Shown: positions 10,483 through 22,699, counted from the first letter of the stretch. The stretch is DNA of 64,000 bases from SAR86 cluster bacterium (GCA_003331605.1 QOPD01000002.1:118188-182187), one strand, 5' to 3'. Numbers and translations are program-made. Notes: generated from the sequence alone by a model not told the origin.

Positions 10483-11632
10483 ATTACTTCCTATAATTTC
10501 TGCGTTAGTTTTATTGGGTTGTCAAACACTTGGCTTTGTTGAAGTGGATCCAAGAGCTCCAACAAAACTAGATTTGAGTTACCCCAACTTTTTAGATGAA
10601 GTTTGGAGGAAGTCCAATTCTCGCCCATTAATTAACTTTGGTAACTCAGGCAACAGATATGCTAAAAATCACCAATTTCAAGCTTCTGCTGGCAGTATTT
10701 ATAAAATTAAAAACAATGCAGCTGAAGAATATGATATTGAAAACGGCACCCTTTTAAATTCTATAGCTCTGGAAGGTAATGAAATTGTATCGGGTGTAAC
10801 TGTTGGTTATAACACATTAGTTTACTCAGATTCCGATGGAACTATTTATGCCTATGACTTGAATACAAATGCACTACGTTGGCAACAAGATCTTAAAGAT
10901 TTAGTTATCTCAAAAGTTCTAATAACATCGAGATTCATATTTGCTCAAACTTCTTCAGATGTTTTATATGCTTTTAATTTAAGGGATGGCGAAATTATTT
11001 GGACAAAATCAGCACAAGCACCATTGCTTTCAATTAGAGGTACTGCAGTGCCATATTTTTACGAAGGTTTAGTTTTTGCAAGTTTTTCCAACGGAAGGCT
11101 TGCTGCTATTAGATCATTAGATGGTATCCAATTATGGGAAAAGCCTATTTCTGTCCTTAAGGGAACAACAGAGCTTGAAAAGCTAATGGATTCAGATACC
11201 TCAGCAGTAGCATTTCAAGAAAGTATTTACGTTGCGAACTTCAATGGTTCACTAACAAGATTTGACATTAGAACGGGAGACAAGCTTTTCTCTGTCAATT
11301 TTTCAACCTCAGAGCCATTGGTATTATTTCGAGACCTGGTAATTGGCATATCAAGCGATGATGAAATTATTGCTTATGATGCAATAAACGGTACCGAGAG
11401 ATGGATCAATGACCAATATAAATATAGAGACCTATCATCTTTAGTGCTCTACAACAACAAACTTTACTTTGGCGATCTTGATGGATTCCTTCATTCAGTC
11501 AGTGCTGAGTCTGGAGAAACCCTTGGAGTAAAACGAACTAATCTTGATAAGGTTAAGCAAATAGAGGTAGTTTCAAATACATTAGCAGTCCAAGACCAAG
11601 CTGGTAAACTTAAAGTTTACAAAATCTTTTAA
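10475..11632 (+). CDS. bamB: Outer-membrane assembly lipoprotein BamB (YfgL)
   Basis: Start moved to MNKLLPIISALVLLGCQ (lipobox; ATG 10475). Repeated beta-propeller-like segments; conserved position before der. Confidence 0.8.
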   Translation: MNKLLPIISALVLLGCQTLGFVEVDPRAPTKLDLSYPNFLDEVWRKSNSRPLINFGNSGNRYAKNHQFQASAGSIYKIKNNAAEEYDIENGTLLNSIALEGNEIVSGVTVGYNTLVYSDSDGTIYAYDLNTNALRWQQDLKDLVISKVLITSRFIFAQTSSDVLYAFNLRDGEIIWTKSAQAPLLSIRGTAVPYFYEGLVFASFSNGRLAAIRSLDGIQLWEKPISVLKGTTELEKLMDSDTSAVAFQESIYVANFNGSLTRFDIRTGDKLFSVNFSTSEPLVLFRDLVIGISSDDEIIAYDAINGTERWINDQYKYRDLSSLVLYNNKLYFGDLDGFLHSVSAESGETLGVKRTNLDKVKQIEVVSNTLAVQDQAGKLKVYKIF

Positions 11633-12939
11633 TGAGGAAAACAGTCACACTTGTCGGCAGAACCAACGTCGGCAAATCGTCAATATTTAATAGACTTATT
11701 GGTTCCAATAAGGCAATCGTATCTGATTATGAGGGTCTTACTAGGGATAGAAAAATATCAACTATAGATAAGGATGGAATAAGCTTAGACCTAATAGATA
11801 CTGGTGGTTTTTTCTCCTCTGAGGAAGATCAATTTGAAGACCTTATTCTTTACCAAGCTCATGAAGCAATTAATAGCTCTGATTTAATTATCTTTGTTGT
11901 TGATAATAAATTTGGTTTATCGCCATATGACAATGAAATTGCATCGATCTTAAGGAAAAGTGGCAAAGAAATAATATTAGTTATTAATAAAATCGATGTT
12001 AAGAAAAATGATGCCACCGATGACTTTGCCAAGCTTGGCTTCAAAGATATTTATTCGGTAAGTGCTGCACATAACAAATTTATTACCGAACTTAGAAATG
12101 AAATTTTTAAGAGGTTTTCACAAAACACTGATAAGAAATTTGAGGAAGAAGCGAAAATTACTATCATTGGCAAACCAAATGTTGGCAAATCTTCGACCAT
12201 TAATTCCCTAATTGATTCTGATAGGTTGATTGTTTCTGACACTCCAGGAACAACTGTTGATTCTATCGATGTTGAAGTTAACTTTAGGGGAAAGAATTAT
12301 CTATTTTATGATACTGCTGGAGTTAGAAGAAAAAGCAAAGTCATTGAAAAGGAAGAGAAATATTCTGTAATTAAATCTTTTGATGCATTGGAAAAATCTG
12401 ATTTATGCTTATTCCTTCTCGACCCCAAGGATATGCTGAGTGATCAGGACTTTACATTGCTTTCAAAGGCAAAAGATATTGGTAAAGCAATCATTATCGC
12501 AGTGAATAAAGCTGATCTTCTCAAACCAGACCAAAAAAAATCAATCCTTAAACAGCTTTTTGAAGATCCGGCAACTAAAGAATTTCCTATTGTGTTTATT
12601 TCAGCAAAAGAGAAAAGAGGTATGCGAAATTTATTTGATCAAATTTTCAGAACTATCCGCAATATTGATGAAAGAGTTTCTACGAATAAGTTAAACAAAA
12701 TTTTACGACAAGCAATTGAAGATAAATCTGTTCCATTTAAAGGAAAATTCAAACCAAAACTACGATACATCCACCAGGGCAGTAAAAACCCTCATACCTT
12801 TATTATTCATGGCAATTCATTGGATCGTTTGGAGGGTTCATACAAAAAATATATTTTGAACAAACTTACCAAAGAGCTAGCTTTGCCAGGCCTTATTCTC
12901 AGACTTAAGTTTCTAAGTTCAAAAAACCCATTTAAATAA
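11632..12939 (+). CDS. der: Ribosome-associated GTPase Der (EngA)
   Basis: Two G domains (GRTNVGKSS..DTGG; GKPNVGKSS..DTAG) plus a KH-like C-terminus. Confidence 0.95.
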   Translation: MRKTVTLVGRTNVGKSSIFNRLIGSNKAIVSDYEGLTRDRKISTIDKDGISLDLIDTGGFFSSEEDQFEDLILYQAHEAINSSDLIIFVVDNKFGLSPYDNEIASILRKSGKEIILVINKIDVKKNDATDDFAKLGFKDIYSVSAAHNKFITELRNEIFKRFSQNTDKKFEEEAKITIIGKPNVGKSSTINSLIDSDRLIVSDTPGTTVDSIDVEVNFRGKNYLFYDTAGVRRKSKVIEKEEKYSVIKSFDALEKSDLCLFLLDPKDMLSDQDFTLLSKAKDIGKAIIIAVNKADLLKPDQKKSILKQLFEDPATKEFPIVFISAKEKRGMRNLFDQIFRTIRNIDERVSTNKLNKILRQAIEDKSVPFKGKFKPKLRYIHQGSKNPHTFIIHGNSLDRLEGSYKKYILNKLTKELALPGLILRLKFLSSKNPFK

Positions 12940-13961
12940 TGCCACAGAAAATTATTAGCAATAATGATATTAATATTTTTACTGAAATTTACGGTGAAGG
13001 TCCTCTTATCGTGCTTATCCATGGTTGGCCAGAAAGCTGGTACAGTTGGAGGCATCAGATTCCATTCCTTGAAAAGTTGGGATACCAAGTAGCAGCAATA
13101 AGCGTAAGAGGATATGGGAAATCCTCTAAACCACATGCAATCGAAGAATACTCAATCTGCAAGCTAGCATCAGATATTGAGGCGGTAATCACAGGTTTGG
13201 GACATCAAAGTGCAATATTAATTGGTCACGATTGGGGTGGACCGATTGCCTGGACCTCTGCAATCAAGTACCCGAATATGGTTGATGCAGTTGTTGGTTT
13301 ATCCGTTCCTTATTTACCAGTAGGAGCACAATCCTCCCTAGATCTATGGAAACAAATTTACAAAGACAAATACTTCTATCAGCTTTATTTTCTGAAGGAA
13401 GGTTTAGCTGAGAAAGAACTTGAGAAAGATTTACTTAAAACATTTGAGCTTTGCTATTTTTCAAATGACTCCAGAGGTATGTTATTTTTAGATAAGAACA
13501 AAGACAATCCAAAATATCAAAAAAATAAAAATTCGGGATACCTAGAAGGTTTGCCTAAATTTTCTAAGTACCCAAGTTGGATTAGTCGTAATGATATTGA
13601 TGTACTAATAGATGAGTTTACGATTAGTGGAATGAGAGGACCATTAAATCGCTATAGAGCGCAAGATATTGACTTTAAAGAGCTGCAAGAGTTTGGTCCA
13701 AAAAAAATCACTCAGCCAGCAGCTTTCATAACAGGAGAGCATGACCCAGTGAATTTTTTCCTTTCAGGCGCTGCAAGTAAAGGAAGTTTTGGGTCACTCG
13801 CAACCATTGATATCAAAGAACTTTTTAATCAGGTCTTGAGCCAAAACTACGAAGACCTAAGAATGTTAGAGGTTCTTGAGAATGTGGGGCACTGGACCCA
13901 GGAAGAAGCTCCAGAAGAAGTGAATCAAAACTTAAAAAAATTTCTAGCTAAGCTTGCCTAA
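12939..13961 (+). CDS. Alpha/beta hydrolase, epoxide-hydrolase-like
   Basis: HGWPESWYSWRHQ (HGxP oxyanion motif), GHDWGG nucleophile elbow with Asp, C-terminal GHW catalytic His. 340 aa. Confidence 0.7.
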   Translation: MPQKIISNNDINIFTEIYGEGPLIVLIHGWPESWYSWRHQIPFLEKLGYQVAAISVRGYGKSSKPHAIEEYSICKLASDIEAVITGLGHQSAILIGHDWGGPIAWTSAIKYPNMVDAVVGLSVPYLPVGAQSSLDLWKQIYKDKYFYQLYFLKEGLAEKELEKDLLKTFELCYFSNDSRGMLFLDKNKDNPKYQKNKNSGYLEGLPKFSKYPSWISRNDIDVLIDEFTISGMRGPLNRYRAQDIDFKELQEFGPKKITQPAAFITGEHDPVNFFLSGAASKGSFGSLATIDIKELFNQVLSQNYEDLRMLEVLENVGHWTQEEAPEEVNQNLKKFLAKLA

Positions 13962-14028
13962 AAACACACATATTTGGTTGTAAAATAAAGATAATTATCT
14001 TGATCTTATTTATAATACCAAGCAAGAA

Positions 14029-14400
14029 ATGAGCAGGCGGCCTACATTCATCAACCTTTTTTTAATAAGACTACCTATCCCTGCTATATCATCAATTTCT
14101 CATAGAATTTCTGGCATAATCAACTTTTTCGTAGGAGTGCCAACCTTTGTGTTTTTATTTTTAAGTGGTTATCTTATTGATAACGGCAGATGGAATGCAT
14201 CTTTATTTAATTTCGAAGTTAAATTTTTAATTTCTATTTCTTTAATAGCTCTGATTTACCATATTTTTGCAGGTTTAAGACATATGTTAATTGATTTTTC
14301 AGAATATGGGCACGAGCTGGCTGAAGCAAGACTGTCTGCACTAATAGTATTTCTGCTTACAGCAATATTTTCTTTTTTTGCAGTGATGGAGGTTTGGTAG
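14029..14400 (+). CDS. sdhC: Succinate dehydrogenase cytochrome b556 subunit
   Basis: 123 aa, 3 TM, SISHRISG heme-His motif; first gene of the sdhCDAB block. Confidence 0.85.
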   Translation: MSRRPTFINLFLIRLPIPAISSISHRISGIINFFVGVPTFVFLFLSGYLIDNGRWNASLFNFEVKFLISISLIALIYHIFAGLRHMLIDFSEYGHELAEARLSALIVFLLTAIFSFFAVMEVW

Positions 14401-14760
14401 GTGGGCACACTTTTTTGGTACCTTCAAAGATTAAGCGCAGTAGTAATTTTATCTTTCGTGCTTTATGTGGCCATAAGCTTTTTCGTTAAACCTTATAATA
14501 TTTCGGCAGCTATTTGGTCAAGCGATATTGATGACATAAGTTTTAAGATCTTTTCTACATTGTTTTTATTTTCTATGTTTTTTCATGGCATTGTAGGTCT
14601 AAAAGCTGTTGAAGATGACTATCTATCAAAAAGGACGATTGGTTTTGTTTCGAGCACATTATCGGAATTTTCCTTGATTTTTAGAATTATTTTTAGAGTG
14701 TTTGTTGCAATGGTGGTTTTTGTTACTACCTATGTATTTGTATTTAATTATTTGGTGTAA
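14401..14760 (+). CDS. sdhD: Succinate dehydrogenase membrane anchor subunit
   Basis: 119 aa hydrophobic protein, GTG start directly after sdhC; called by position in the operon. Confidence 0.8.
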   Translation: MGTLFWYLQRLSAVVILSFVLYVAISFFVKPYNISAAIWSSDIDDISFKIFSTLFLFSMFFHGIVGLKAVEDDYLSKRTIGFVSSTLSEFSLIFRIIFRVFVAMVVFVTTYVFVFNYLV

Positions 14761-14762
14761 AG

Positions 14763-16544
14763 ATGGATTTAAATGGACAAAATATTTCAGAGAAAAACTT
14801 TGATGTTGTCATTGTTGGTGGCGGAGGTTCAGGCTTACGTGCCTCCCTCGAAATTTCTAAATCAGGATTGAGTGTAGCCGTAGTTTCAAAGGTATTTCCC
14901 ACAAGATCTCATACTGTTGCTGCTCAAGGGGGGATTACCTGTGCAATAGCAAGTGCAGATCCTGATGACGACTGGAGATGGCATATGTTTGATACCGTTA
15001 AAGGTTCCGATTATATCGGTGACCAGAATGCAATTGAGTATATGTGTTCAGAGGGTCCAGATGCAGTTTTTGAGTTGGAGCATATGGGTCTTCCATTCTC
15101 AAGATTTGAAAATGGCAGAATATATCAAAGGCCATTTGGAGGCCAGTCCAAGGAATTTGGTGAAGGTGGACAGGCAGCAAGAACCTGTGCAGCAGCTGAT
15201 AGAACAGGCCATGCACTACTTCATACGCTATACCAAGCAAACTTAAAGGCAGGAACGGAATTTTTTAACGAATGGTTTGCAGTAAATTTAATTAAAAATA
15301 CAGAAGGATCAGTTGGTGGCGTGAGTTGCTTCGATATGGAGACTGGGGAGTTGTCAATAATAAAGTGTAACGCAGTTGTGTTAGCAACTGGAGGAGCTGG
15401 GCAAGTTTACGAGCAAAATACCACCTCCCTTATTTGTACCGGAGATGGCCTTGGTATGGTTTTAAGAAATGACTTACCACTTCAAGATATGGAAATGTGG
15501 CAGTTTCACCCTACAGGGCTGTATGGGAATGGATCATTAATGACCGAAGGCTGCAGAGGTGAAGGGGGCTATTTAATTAATTCAGAAGGTGAAAGATTTA
15601 TGCCTACATATGCACCAAAAGCAAAAGATCTTGCCTCTAGGGATGTTGTTTCAAGGTGTATTGTGCAAGAAATTTTAGCAGGAAGAGGTTGCGGACCTAA
15701 AAAAGATCATGTCTTGTTGAAAATTGATCATCTTGGTGAAGAAGCTATTAAACGTAAACTGCCAGAAATTAGAGAGATATCAATGACTTTTGCTAATGTA
15801 GACCCTATTAATGAGGCAATTCCCGTTGTTCCAACCTGTCACTATATGATGGGAGGCATACCAACAAATATTCATGGACAAGTTCTTACTCAGGACCAAA
15901 ATGGTGTTGATAAGATCATAGATGGCTTATATTCTATTGGAGAGGCTGCAAACGTTTCAGTCCATGGAGCCAATCGCCTTGGTGGAAATTCCTTGCTTGA
16001 TTTAGTTGTCTTTGGCAGAGCAGCAGGGAGACATATTAATGAGAAATATAAAGGTGCAGGCCGTCAAAACTTACCAAAGAGTGAAGTGGAAAACTCTCTT
16101 GAAATAATATCTAAATTAAATGAAACCAAAGATGGTGAAAATGTTTTTGATTTAAAAGCAGAAATGCAGAACATAATGCAAAGTTACTTTGGAGTTTATC
16201 GAAATAGAGAACTCATGGAAAAAGGTATAAATAAACTTAACGAAGTAACTCAGAAAACTAAAAAACTCCATCTGAGAGATAAATCAAATCAATTTAATTC
16301 TGAAAGGGTTGAAGCATTAGAATACTTAAATATGCTTGATATTGCTAAAGCTACTGCTTTTTCAGCATTAGCTCGAGAGGAAAGCAGAGGTGCTCACGCA
16401 AGGGAAGATTTTCCTGAGAGGGACGATCACAATTGGTTGTGCCATTCATTATTCTTTTCAAATAATAATGAAGTTAAGAGAAGAGAAGTAAATTTTAAAC
16501 CTCAACAAGTGGAAAGTTTTAAGCCAAAAGCAAGAGTATATTGA
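14763..16544 (+). CDS. sdhA: Succinate dehydrogenase flavoprotein subunit
   Basis: 593 aa; [23 protein letters not shown] (covalent FAD His), [16 protein letters not shown]. Confidence 0.97.
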   Translation: MDLNGQNISEKNFDVVIVGGGGSGLRASLEISKSGLSVAVVSKVFPTRSHTVAAQGGITCAIASADPDDDWRWHMFDTVKGSDYIGDQNAIEYMCSEGPDAVFELEHMGLPFSRFENGRIYQRPFGGQSKEFGEGGQAARTCAAADRTGHALLHTLYQANLKAGTEFFNEWFAVNLIKNTEGSVGGVSCFDMETGELSIIKCNAVVLATGGAGQVYEQNTTSLICTGDGLGMVLRNDLPLQDMEMWQFHPTGLYGNGSLMTEGCRGEGGYLINSEGERFMPTYAPKAKDLASRDVVSRCIVQEILAGRGCGPKKDHVLLKIDHLGEEAIKRKLPEIREISMTFANVDPINEAIPVVPTCHYMMGGIPTNIHGQVLTQDQNGVDKIIDGLYSIGEAANVSVHGANRLGGNSLLDLVVFGRAAGRHINEKYKGAGRQNLPKSEVENSLEIISKLNETKDGENVFDLKAEMQNIMQSYFGVYRNRELMEKGINKLNEVTQKTKKLHLRDKSNQFNSERVEALEYLNMLDIAKATAFSALAREESRGAHAREDFPERDDHNWLCHSLFFSNNNEVKRREVNFKPQQVESFKPKARVY

Positions 16545-17257
16545 TGAAAGAGTTGCATTTAAGTTTATATAGATTTGATCCAGAGAAAGATCAAAGGCCT
16601 TATATGTCTGATTATGTTATTGAAATGAATAATTCTGGAAACATGATGGTAATTGATGCTATCAGAAAAGCTCAAGAGCAAGATTCAACAGTGACTTTTA
16701 GGAGGTCATGTGCTCAGGGAGTATGTGGCTCTGATGGTGTAAATATGAACGGACAAAATGGTTTGGCATGCATAACAGCGGTTAGCGATGTTGCAATAGG
16801 GAACAAACTTGAAGTGCGACCATTGCCAGGGCTTCCAGTCATTAAGGATCTTATCGTTGATATGAAACCTTTCTATGATCAGTATGAAAAGGTAAAGCCG
16901 TTCTTAGATAATGATGAAGAGGTTACAACTGGCCATGAAAGACTACAAAGCCCAAAAGAGAGAGATATGCTGGATGGTTTATATGAATGTGTGCTGTGCG
17001 CATGTTGTTCAACAAGCTGTCCATCTTTTTGGTGGAACCCTGAAAAATTCGTAGGTCCTGCAGCTTTACTACAAGCTTATAGATTTATTGCTGATACTAG
17101 AGATAAGCAAAAAGCACAAAGACTAAAAAAGTTAAATGATGCCTTTAGTGTTTATCGATGCCATGGAATTATGAATTGCACATCTGTTTGTCCTAAAGGG
17201 CTGAATCCATCCAAAGCGATCAATGAGATTAAGAAGGAGCTAAGAAAAATAGGATAG
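16541..17257 (+). CDS. sdhB: Succinate dehydrogenase iron-sulfur subunit
   Basis: 238 aa; three Cys clusters ([10 protein letters not shown]; [12 protein letters not shown]; [14 protein letters not shown]). Confidence 0.97.
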   Translation: MMKELHLSLYRFDPEKDQRPYMSDYVIEMNNSGNMMVIDAIRKAQEQDSTVTFRRSCAQGVCGSDGVNMNGQNGLACITAVSDVAIGNKLEVRPLPGLPVIKDLIVDMKPFYDQYEKVKPFLDNDEEVTTGHERLQSPKERDMLDGLYECVLCACCSTSCPSFWWNPEKFVGPAALLQAYRFIADTRDKQKAQRLKKLNDAFSVYRCHGIMNCTSVCPKGLNPSKAINEIKKELRKIG

Positions 17258-20049
17258 TGTCAAAATCAATTGAGGAGAAAATCCTAGACAGCTTCAAATA
17301 TGGAGGTAACTCAAATTACCTCGAAGATCTCTACCAAAAATACCTTTTAGACCCTAATGAAATAGACAGTGATTGGAAAAATTACTTTGATTCCATCCAT
17401 ACAAATGTAGAAGAGAGAAATCATCAAGCTATTCAAGACCGATTTAAGAATATCCGACTCAGCAGAAAAAGCAGCAATGAAGAGAAAACTGTTCTTGAGT
17501 CACCAAAAAGTTCGGAAGTACAAAATTTAATCAATGCATTTAGAAGAAGAGGTCATCAGGTTGCAAAAATTGACCCTCTTCACCTAAGAAAAGAAAAAAA
17601 TTTCTCAGACCTAAATCTTTCATTTCATAACTTATCTGAAGTTGATCTAGAAACATCATTTGCTCTTTCAAATTTTCAAGATGGAAAAACAATGACACTA
17701 AGTGAAATCAAGACCTCAATTGAGCAAACCTATACTTCAAATATTGGTTACGAATTCATGCATATTGTCGATAGCAAGATTCGTAGATGGTTCCTAGATA
17801 AAATTGAGGGAAAAGCAAACCCATACGCTTTTACTAGCGATGAAAAAAAACAAATTCTCAAGCGTGTTGTTGATTCAGAAGGTCTTGAAAAATTTCTAGC
17901 TTCTAAATATCCAGGTGCCAAAAGGTTTGGATTAGAGGGGGGAGAGTCCTTAATTCCACTCTTAGATACACTTATTGAAGATTTTGGTTCTAAGGGGGTA
18001 AAAGAAGTTTGTTTAGGCATGTCTCACAGAGGCCGTCTGAACGTTTTAATAAATGTAATGGGTAAGAAGCCTAGCGAGCTATTTTCAGAGTTTGCCGAGG
18101 AACTAGAGGCGCATGATGCCAGAACAGGAGATGTAAAATATCACTTAGGATTTTCCTCCAATGTTCTAACAAGTGGTGGCGAAGTACACCTCTCACTTGG
18201 TTCAAACCCATCTCATTTAGAGATTGTAAATCCTGTAATTCTTGGTTCAGTTAAAGCTCGACAAGACAGAAGACAAGATGAGAAGAAGAAAAAAGTTGTT
18301 CCAATCTTAATGCATGGTGATGCGTCTTTTGCTGGGCAGGGTGTAGTAATGGAGATTCTTCAACTGTCACAAACTAGAGCTTTTGGAGTTGGAGGAACAG
18401 TGCACATTGTTGTGAATAATCAAATTGGGTTTACCACTAGTTTGAAAAAGGATGCAAGGTCAACTGAATATTGCACCGACGTTGGTAAAATGATTGAAGC
18501 CCCAATATTGCATGTCAACGGCGATGATCCAGAAGCTTGTGTTACTGCAGCAAAACTAGCTGTTGAATTTAGAGATACTTTTAAACGAGATATTATTATT
18601 GATTTTGTTTGCTACAGAAGAAGAGGTCACAATGAAAGCGATGAGCCGTTTGCTACTCAACCTTTAATGTATAGCAAAATCAAATCAAAAAAGGCGGTTA
18701 CTGAACTTTATTCTGAAAAGTTAATTTCAAATAACACAATAGATATTGAACAATTTGAAAACTTCAAATCAAACTATAGAGCAGATATGGAAAAAGGAGA
18801 ACTGGTAGCATTATCGATGGCTTCAGACCCTGACCGATCAATGTATTTTGACTGGACCCCATACCTAAAACCAGATAAGAAAAAAAACTACCCAACAGCT
18901 GTTGATATGACACAGCTTAAAAAGTCATTTAAATTTTGCTTAGAAATCCCTGAAAGTTTGCAAATGCAAAAACAAGTTGAAAAGCTCTACCAAGATAGAA
19001 CTTTGATGGCAAAAGGAGAGATGAGAATAAATTGGGGTTTTGCAGAAATGGTTGCATACGCGACTTTACTGCAGGATGGTTACCCAGTGAGAATAACAGG
19101 CCAAGATGCTAGAAGAGGAACATTTTCCCATAGGCACTTAGTTGTTAAGGATCAAATCTCTGGTGAAGGTTTTGTTCCCATATCACGACTAAATAAAGGG
19201 AATAAAAAATTTGAAATATTTGACTCTTTATTATCTGAGGAGGCTGTTCTTGGATTTGAGTATGGCTACTCCTCAACATGGCCAGAAGGCCTAGTAATTT
19301 GGGAAGCTCAGTTTGGGGATTTTGCTAACGTTGCCCAAGTAGTTATTGATCAGTTCATTGTCAGTGCTGAAACAAAATGGGGAAGACTTTCAGGATTAAC
19401 TATGTTTCTACCTCATGGGTATGAGGGTCAAGGCCCTGAACATAGTAGCTGTCGATTGGAAAGGTTTTTACAGCAATGCGCGTATGATAATATCCAAGTC
19501 TGCGTTCCCACATTGCCGTCACAAATATTTCATTTGCTTAGACGTCAAACTGTAAACCCACAGAGAAAACCACTGGTCGTCTTGACTCCAAAAAGTTTAC
19601 TGAGAAATCCTCAAGCAACCTCAGAATTGGCTGATTTAACCAATGGCACATTCAAAAATATAATTGTCGATGAAACAAACAAGCAACCAAGAAAAGTTAT
19701 TTTGTGCTCAGGTAAGGTTTATTTTGATATCTTAACTGAAATAAAAGAGAAAAAAATTGAAGATATCCAGCTAATAAGGGTTGAGCAACTTTATCCTTTT
19801 CCTGAATCTGAGCTTATCGCCTGCACCAAAAAAATAAAATGTAAAGATTTTTACTGGGTTCAAGAGGAGCCAGAGAATATGGGCGCCTGGTTGATGATAC
19901 GCCATAGGATAGAAAAAGTTCTTAATGAAACAAAAAAAGGATACAAACTGAGCTGTATTGCAAGAAATCCATCGGCAGCCCCAGCAGGCGGATATCAAAA
20001 ATACCATCAAAAACGACAAAAAGAGATAGTTAGGAAAGCTTTACAGTAA
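17257..20049 (+). CDS. sucA: 2-oxoglutarate dehydrogenase E1
   Basis: 930 aa; GTG start overlapping the sdhB stop; GMSHRGRLNVL and HGDASFAGQGVV motifs. Confidence 0.95.
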   Translation: MSKSIEEKILDSFKYGGNSNYLEDLYQKYLLDPNEIDSDWKNYFDSIHTNVEERNHQAIQDRFKNIRLSRKSSNEEKTVLESPKSSEVQNLINAFRRRGHQVAKIDPLHLRKEKNFSDLNLSFHNLSEVDLETSFALSNFQDGKTMTLSEIKTSIEQTYTSNIGYEFMHIVDSKIRRWFLDKIEGKANPYAFTSDEKKQILKRVVDSEGLEKFLASKYPGAKRFGLEGGESLIPLLDTLIEDFGSKGVKEVCLGMSHRGRLNVLINVMGKKPSELFSEFAEELEAHDARTGDVKYHLGFSSNVLTSGGEVHLSLGSNPSHLEIVNPVILGSVKARQDRRQDEKKKKVVPILMHGDASFAGQGVVMEILQLSQTRAFGVGGTVHIVVNNQIGFTTSLKKDARSTEYCTDVGKMIEAPILHVNGDDPEACVTAAKLAVEFRDTFKRDIIIDFVCYRRRGHNESDEPFATQPLMYSKIKSKKAVTELYSEKLISNNTIDIEQFENFKSNYRADMEKGELVALSMASDPDRSMYFDWTPYLKPDKKKNYPTAVDMTQLKKSFKFCLEIPESLQMQKQVEKLYQDRTLMAKGEMRINWGFAEMVAYATLLQDGYPVRITGQDARRGTFSHRHLVVKDQISGEGFVPISRLNKGNKKFEIFDSLLSEEAVLGFEYGYSSTWPEGLVIWEAQFGDFANVAQVVIDQFIVSAETKWGRLSGLTMFLPHGYEGQGPEHSSCRLERFLQQCAYDNIQVCVPTLPSQIFHLLRRQTVNPQRKPLVVLTPKSLLRNPQATSELADLTNGTFKNIIVDETNKQPRKVILCSGKVYFDILTEIKEKKIEDIQLIRVEQLYPFPESELIACTKKIKCKDFYWVQEEPENMGAWLMIRHRIEKVLNETKKGYKLSCIARNPSAAPAGGYQKYHQKRQKEIVRKALQ

Positions 20050-20062
20050 TAGAATATAGACC

Positions 20063-21280
20063 ATGGCCGAAGATATTAAATCTCCAATCTTTCCAGAGTC
20101 AGTTTTCGAAGGAACTTTATCAAACTGGGTCAAAAAAGAAGGTGAAACATTTAAACAAGACGATGTTCTTGCAGAGATTGAAACTGATAAGGTTGTAATT
20201 GAAGTAACTGCTCCATCTGACGGAACTATTGAAAAGATTTTAATTCCTGAAGGAACAACAATTAAAAGCTCAGAGGTAATAGGGAACTTTACCAAAGGAA
20301 CTAAGACTTCAGCTCTAAAACCTGCTCCAAAAGAAAATATTAAAACAAGCATATCATCTAATAAAAAAGATCAGGCAAAATCAAAATCTATTTCAGAGGA
20401 ACCTCTATCTAAGGGTTTTAGAATGGGGCCAGCGGCAAAAAAACTACTTAATGAAAAAGATTTATCAATAGAGAACATTAAAACTACATCTAAAAAAGGT
20501 GTAGTTACCAAGGCAGATATTCTAAAGGCACCAGATAAAAAACCTCAAAAAGCTATTACTCAAGATGATGCTTTCAGTACACCAAGGTCAGAAAGAGTTC
20601 CAATGACAAGACTAAGATCAGTAGTTGCTAATAGGTTGCTTGAATCACAGGCCCAGACAGCATCTTTAACTACTTTCAATGAGGTTGATTTATTTGAAGT
20701 TAAGAATTTAAGAGCAAAATATAAAGATGTATTTGAACAGAAATTCGGAGTAAAGCTTGGATTTATGGGCATGTTTATGAAAGCATCCTCAATTGCACTA
20801 CAAGAAATGCCAATAGTTAACGCTTCTATCGACGGCGAGGATATTCTATACCATGGATACCAAGACATAGGCGTAGCAGTTTCAACAGACAGAGGCCTTG
20901 TTGTACCAGTAATTAGAGATGTTCAGGATCTCTCAATTGCTGAAATTGAATTATCTCTTGTTGAGCACTCTACTAAAGCTAGAGAGGGGAAGCTTTCGAT
21001 TGAGGAAATGACAGGTGGAACTTTTACAATATCAAACGGTGGCGTTTTTGGATCTCTTCTTTCAACCCCAATTCTTAATCCACCTCAATCTGCAATTTTG
21101 GGCATGCATAAAATTCAAGATAGGCCGGTTGTAGTAAATGGCGAGATTCAGATTAGGCCTATGATGTATTTGGCACTAACTTACGATCATAGGTTGCTAG
21201 ATGGGAAAGATGCAGTATCATTCCTTGTAAAAATTAAAGAATCTCTGGAATCTCCAGAGTCTATGATGTTAGGAGTATAG
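20063..21280 (+). CDS. sucB: Dihydrolipoyl succinyltransferase E2
   Basis: Lipoyl domain ([11 protein letters not shown]), Ala/Pro/Lys linker, catalytic DHRLLDG. Confidence 0.95.
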   Translation: MAEDIKSPIFPESVFEGTLSNWVKKEGETFKQDDVLAEIETDKVVIEVTAPSDGTIEKILIPEGTTIKSSEVIGNFTKGTKTSALKPAPKENIKTSISSNKKDQAKSKSISEEPLSKGFRMGPAAKKLLNEKDLSIENIKTTSKKGVVTKADILKAPDKKPQKAITQDDAFSTPRSERVPMTRLRSVVANRLLESQAQTASLTTFNEVDLFEVKNLRAKYKDVFEQKFGVKLGFMGMFMKASSIALQEMPIVNASIDGEDILYHGYQDIGVAVSTDRGLVVPVIRDVQDLSIAEIELSLVEHSTKAREGKLSIEEMTGGTFTISNGGVFGSLLSTPILNPPQSAILGMHKIQDRPVVVNGEIQIRPMMYLALTYDHRLLDGKDAVSFLVKIKESLESPESMMLGV

Positions 21281-22699
21281 ATGGATTTTGATGTATTGGT
21301 GATTGGAGGTGGTCCGGGAGGCTATGTAGCTGCAATTAAATCCTCTCAATTAGGATTAAATACAGGATGTATAGAATTTGATTCTACCAAAGATGAAAAG
21401 GTAAAACTTGGAGGCACTTGCTTAAACGTTGGATGCATTCCATCAAAATCACTTCTTGATTCATCATACAAGTTCTATCAATTAAAAGATGGCTTAGCTG
21501 AGCATGGCATCTCAACAGGTAAACCTAAACTAGATATTTCAAAAATGATGGATAGAAAAAATGCTATTGTAAAAAAACTTACAGGGGGCGTTTCACATCT
21601 TTTTTCACACAATAAAGTTACTTCCATTCATGGGAAAGGAAAGCTGGTAAATCCAACAACTGTAGAAGTCACTGACAATAAAGGCAAAAAAAATACTTAT
21701 ACTGCTAAGAATATAATTCTTGCTGCTGGCTCTCGTCCAATAAATATACCTAGTGTGCCTTGGAACGGGACAAGTGTAATTGGAAGTTCTGGTGCTCTTG
21801 AACTCGAAGAAGTGCCCAAGAGCCTAGCAATCATAGGTGCAGGAGTAATTGGCCTTGAATTAGGAAGTGTTTGGTCAAGACTTGGTTCTAAAGTTGAAAT
21901 ATTTGAAGCTGAAAAGAACCTGCTCCCAATGCTTGATCGAGACGTGGTGAAGGTAATTGAAAGAGAATTTAAGAATCAAAACCTTAATATCAACCTAGGT
22001 TGTTTTGTAAAAGGTTCAAAAACATCAAGAAGTGGAGTTTCTTTAGAAGTTGAAATTGAAGGCAAATTACAGAAAAAGTCCTTCGACAAAGTCATAGTTG
22101 CTGTTGGCAGAAGACCATTCACAGAAGACTTATTAGCCAAAGATTGCGGCCTGGAATTAGATGAGAGAGGATTCATAACTGTTGATGATTATTGCCAAAC
22201 ATCATTGCGGAATGTCTATGCAGTTGGTGACATTGTAAGAGGACCAATGTTGGCCCATAAAGCTATGGAAGAGGGTGTCATGGCGGCTGAAAGAATTGCA
22301 GGAAAAAAAATGGAAGTTAATTATAACTTAGTGCCTTCAGTAATTTATACGCACCCTGAGATTGCATGGGTAGGTAGAACAGAGGAAGATTTAAAAAGTG
22401 ATGGCGTAGAATTCAAGAAAGGGAATTTTCCATTTGCAGCTAGTGGCAGGGCATTAGCAGCTGGCGATTCAGCAGGATTAGTAAAAGTGCTTGCAGATAA
22501 AGATACGGATGAAGTTTTAGGAATTCAAATTTTTGGGAACGGTGCTGCGGAAATATTGCAACAAGGTTTGATCGGTATGGAGTTTTCTGCTAGTTCAGAA
22601 GATTTTGGTTTAACCATGTTTAGTCATCCAACTGTTTCTGAGGCTTTGCATGAGGCTGCACTCGCAGTAAACAAGCAAGCAATTCATATTGGTAATTAA
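21281..22699 (+). CDS. lpdA: Dihydrolipoyl dehydrogenase E3
   Basis: 472 aa; GGGPGGY, GGTCLNVGCIPSK redox disulfide, C-terminal HPTVSE. Confidence 0.95.
   Translation: MDFDVLVIGGGPGGYVAAIKSSQLGLNTGCIEFDSTKDEKVKLGGTCLNVGCIPSKSLLDSSYKFYQLKDGLAEHGISTGKPKLDISKMMDRKNAIVKKLTGGVSHLFSHNKVTSIHGKGKLVNPTTVEVTDNKGKKNTYTAKNIILAAGSRPINIPSVPWNGTSVIGSSGALELEEVPKSLAIIGAGVIGLELGSVWSRLGSKVEIFEAEKNLLPMLDRDVVKVIEREFKNQNLNINLGCFVKGSKTSRSGVSLEVEIEGKLQKKSFDKVIVAVGRRPFTEDLLAKDCGLELDERGFITVDDYCQTSLRNVYAVGDIVRGPMLAHKAMEEGVMAAERIAGKKMEVNYNLVPSVIYTHPEIAWVGRTEEDLKSDGVEFKKGNFPFAASGRALAAGDSAGLVKVLADKDTDEVLGIQIFGNGAAEILQQGLIGMEFSASSEDFGLTMFSHPTVSEALHEAALAVNKQAIHIGN

Noticed and set aside
13962-14028. sdhC upstream region as a defined promoter
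   Set aside because: A perfect TATAAT is present (14011..14016), but I could not find an acceptable -35 at 16-18 nt spacing, so I do not report it as a feature.
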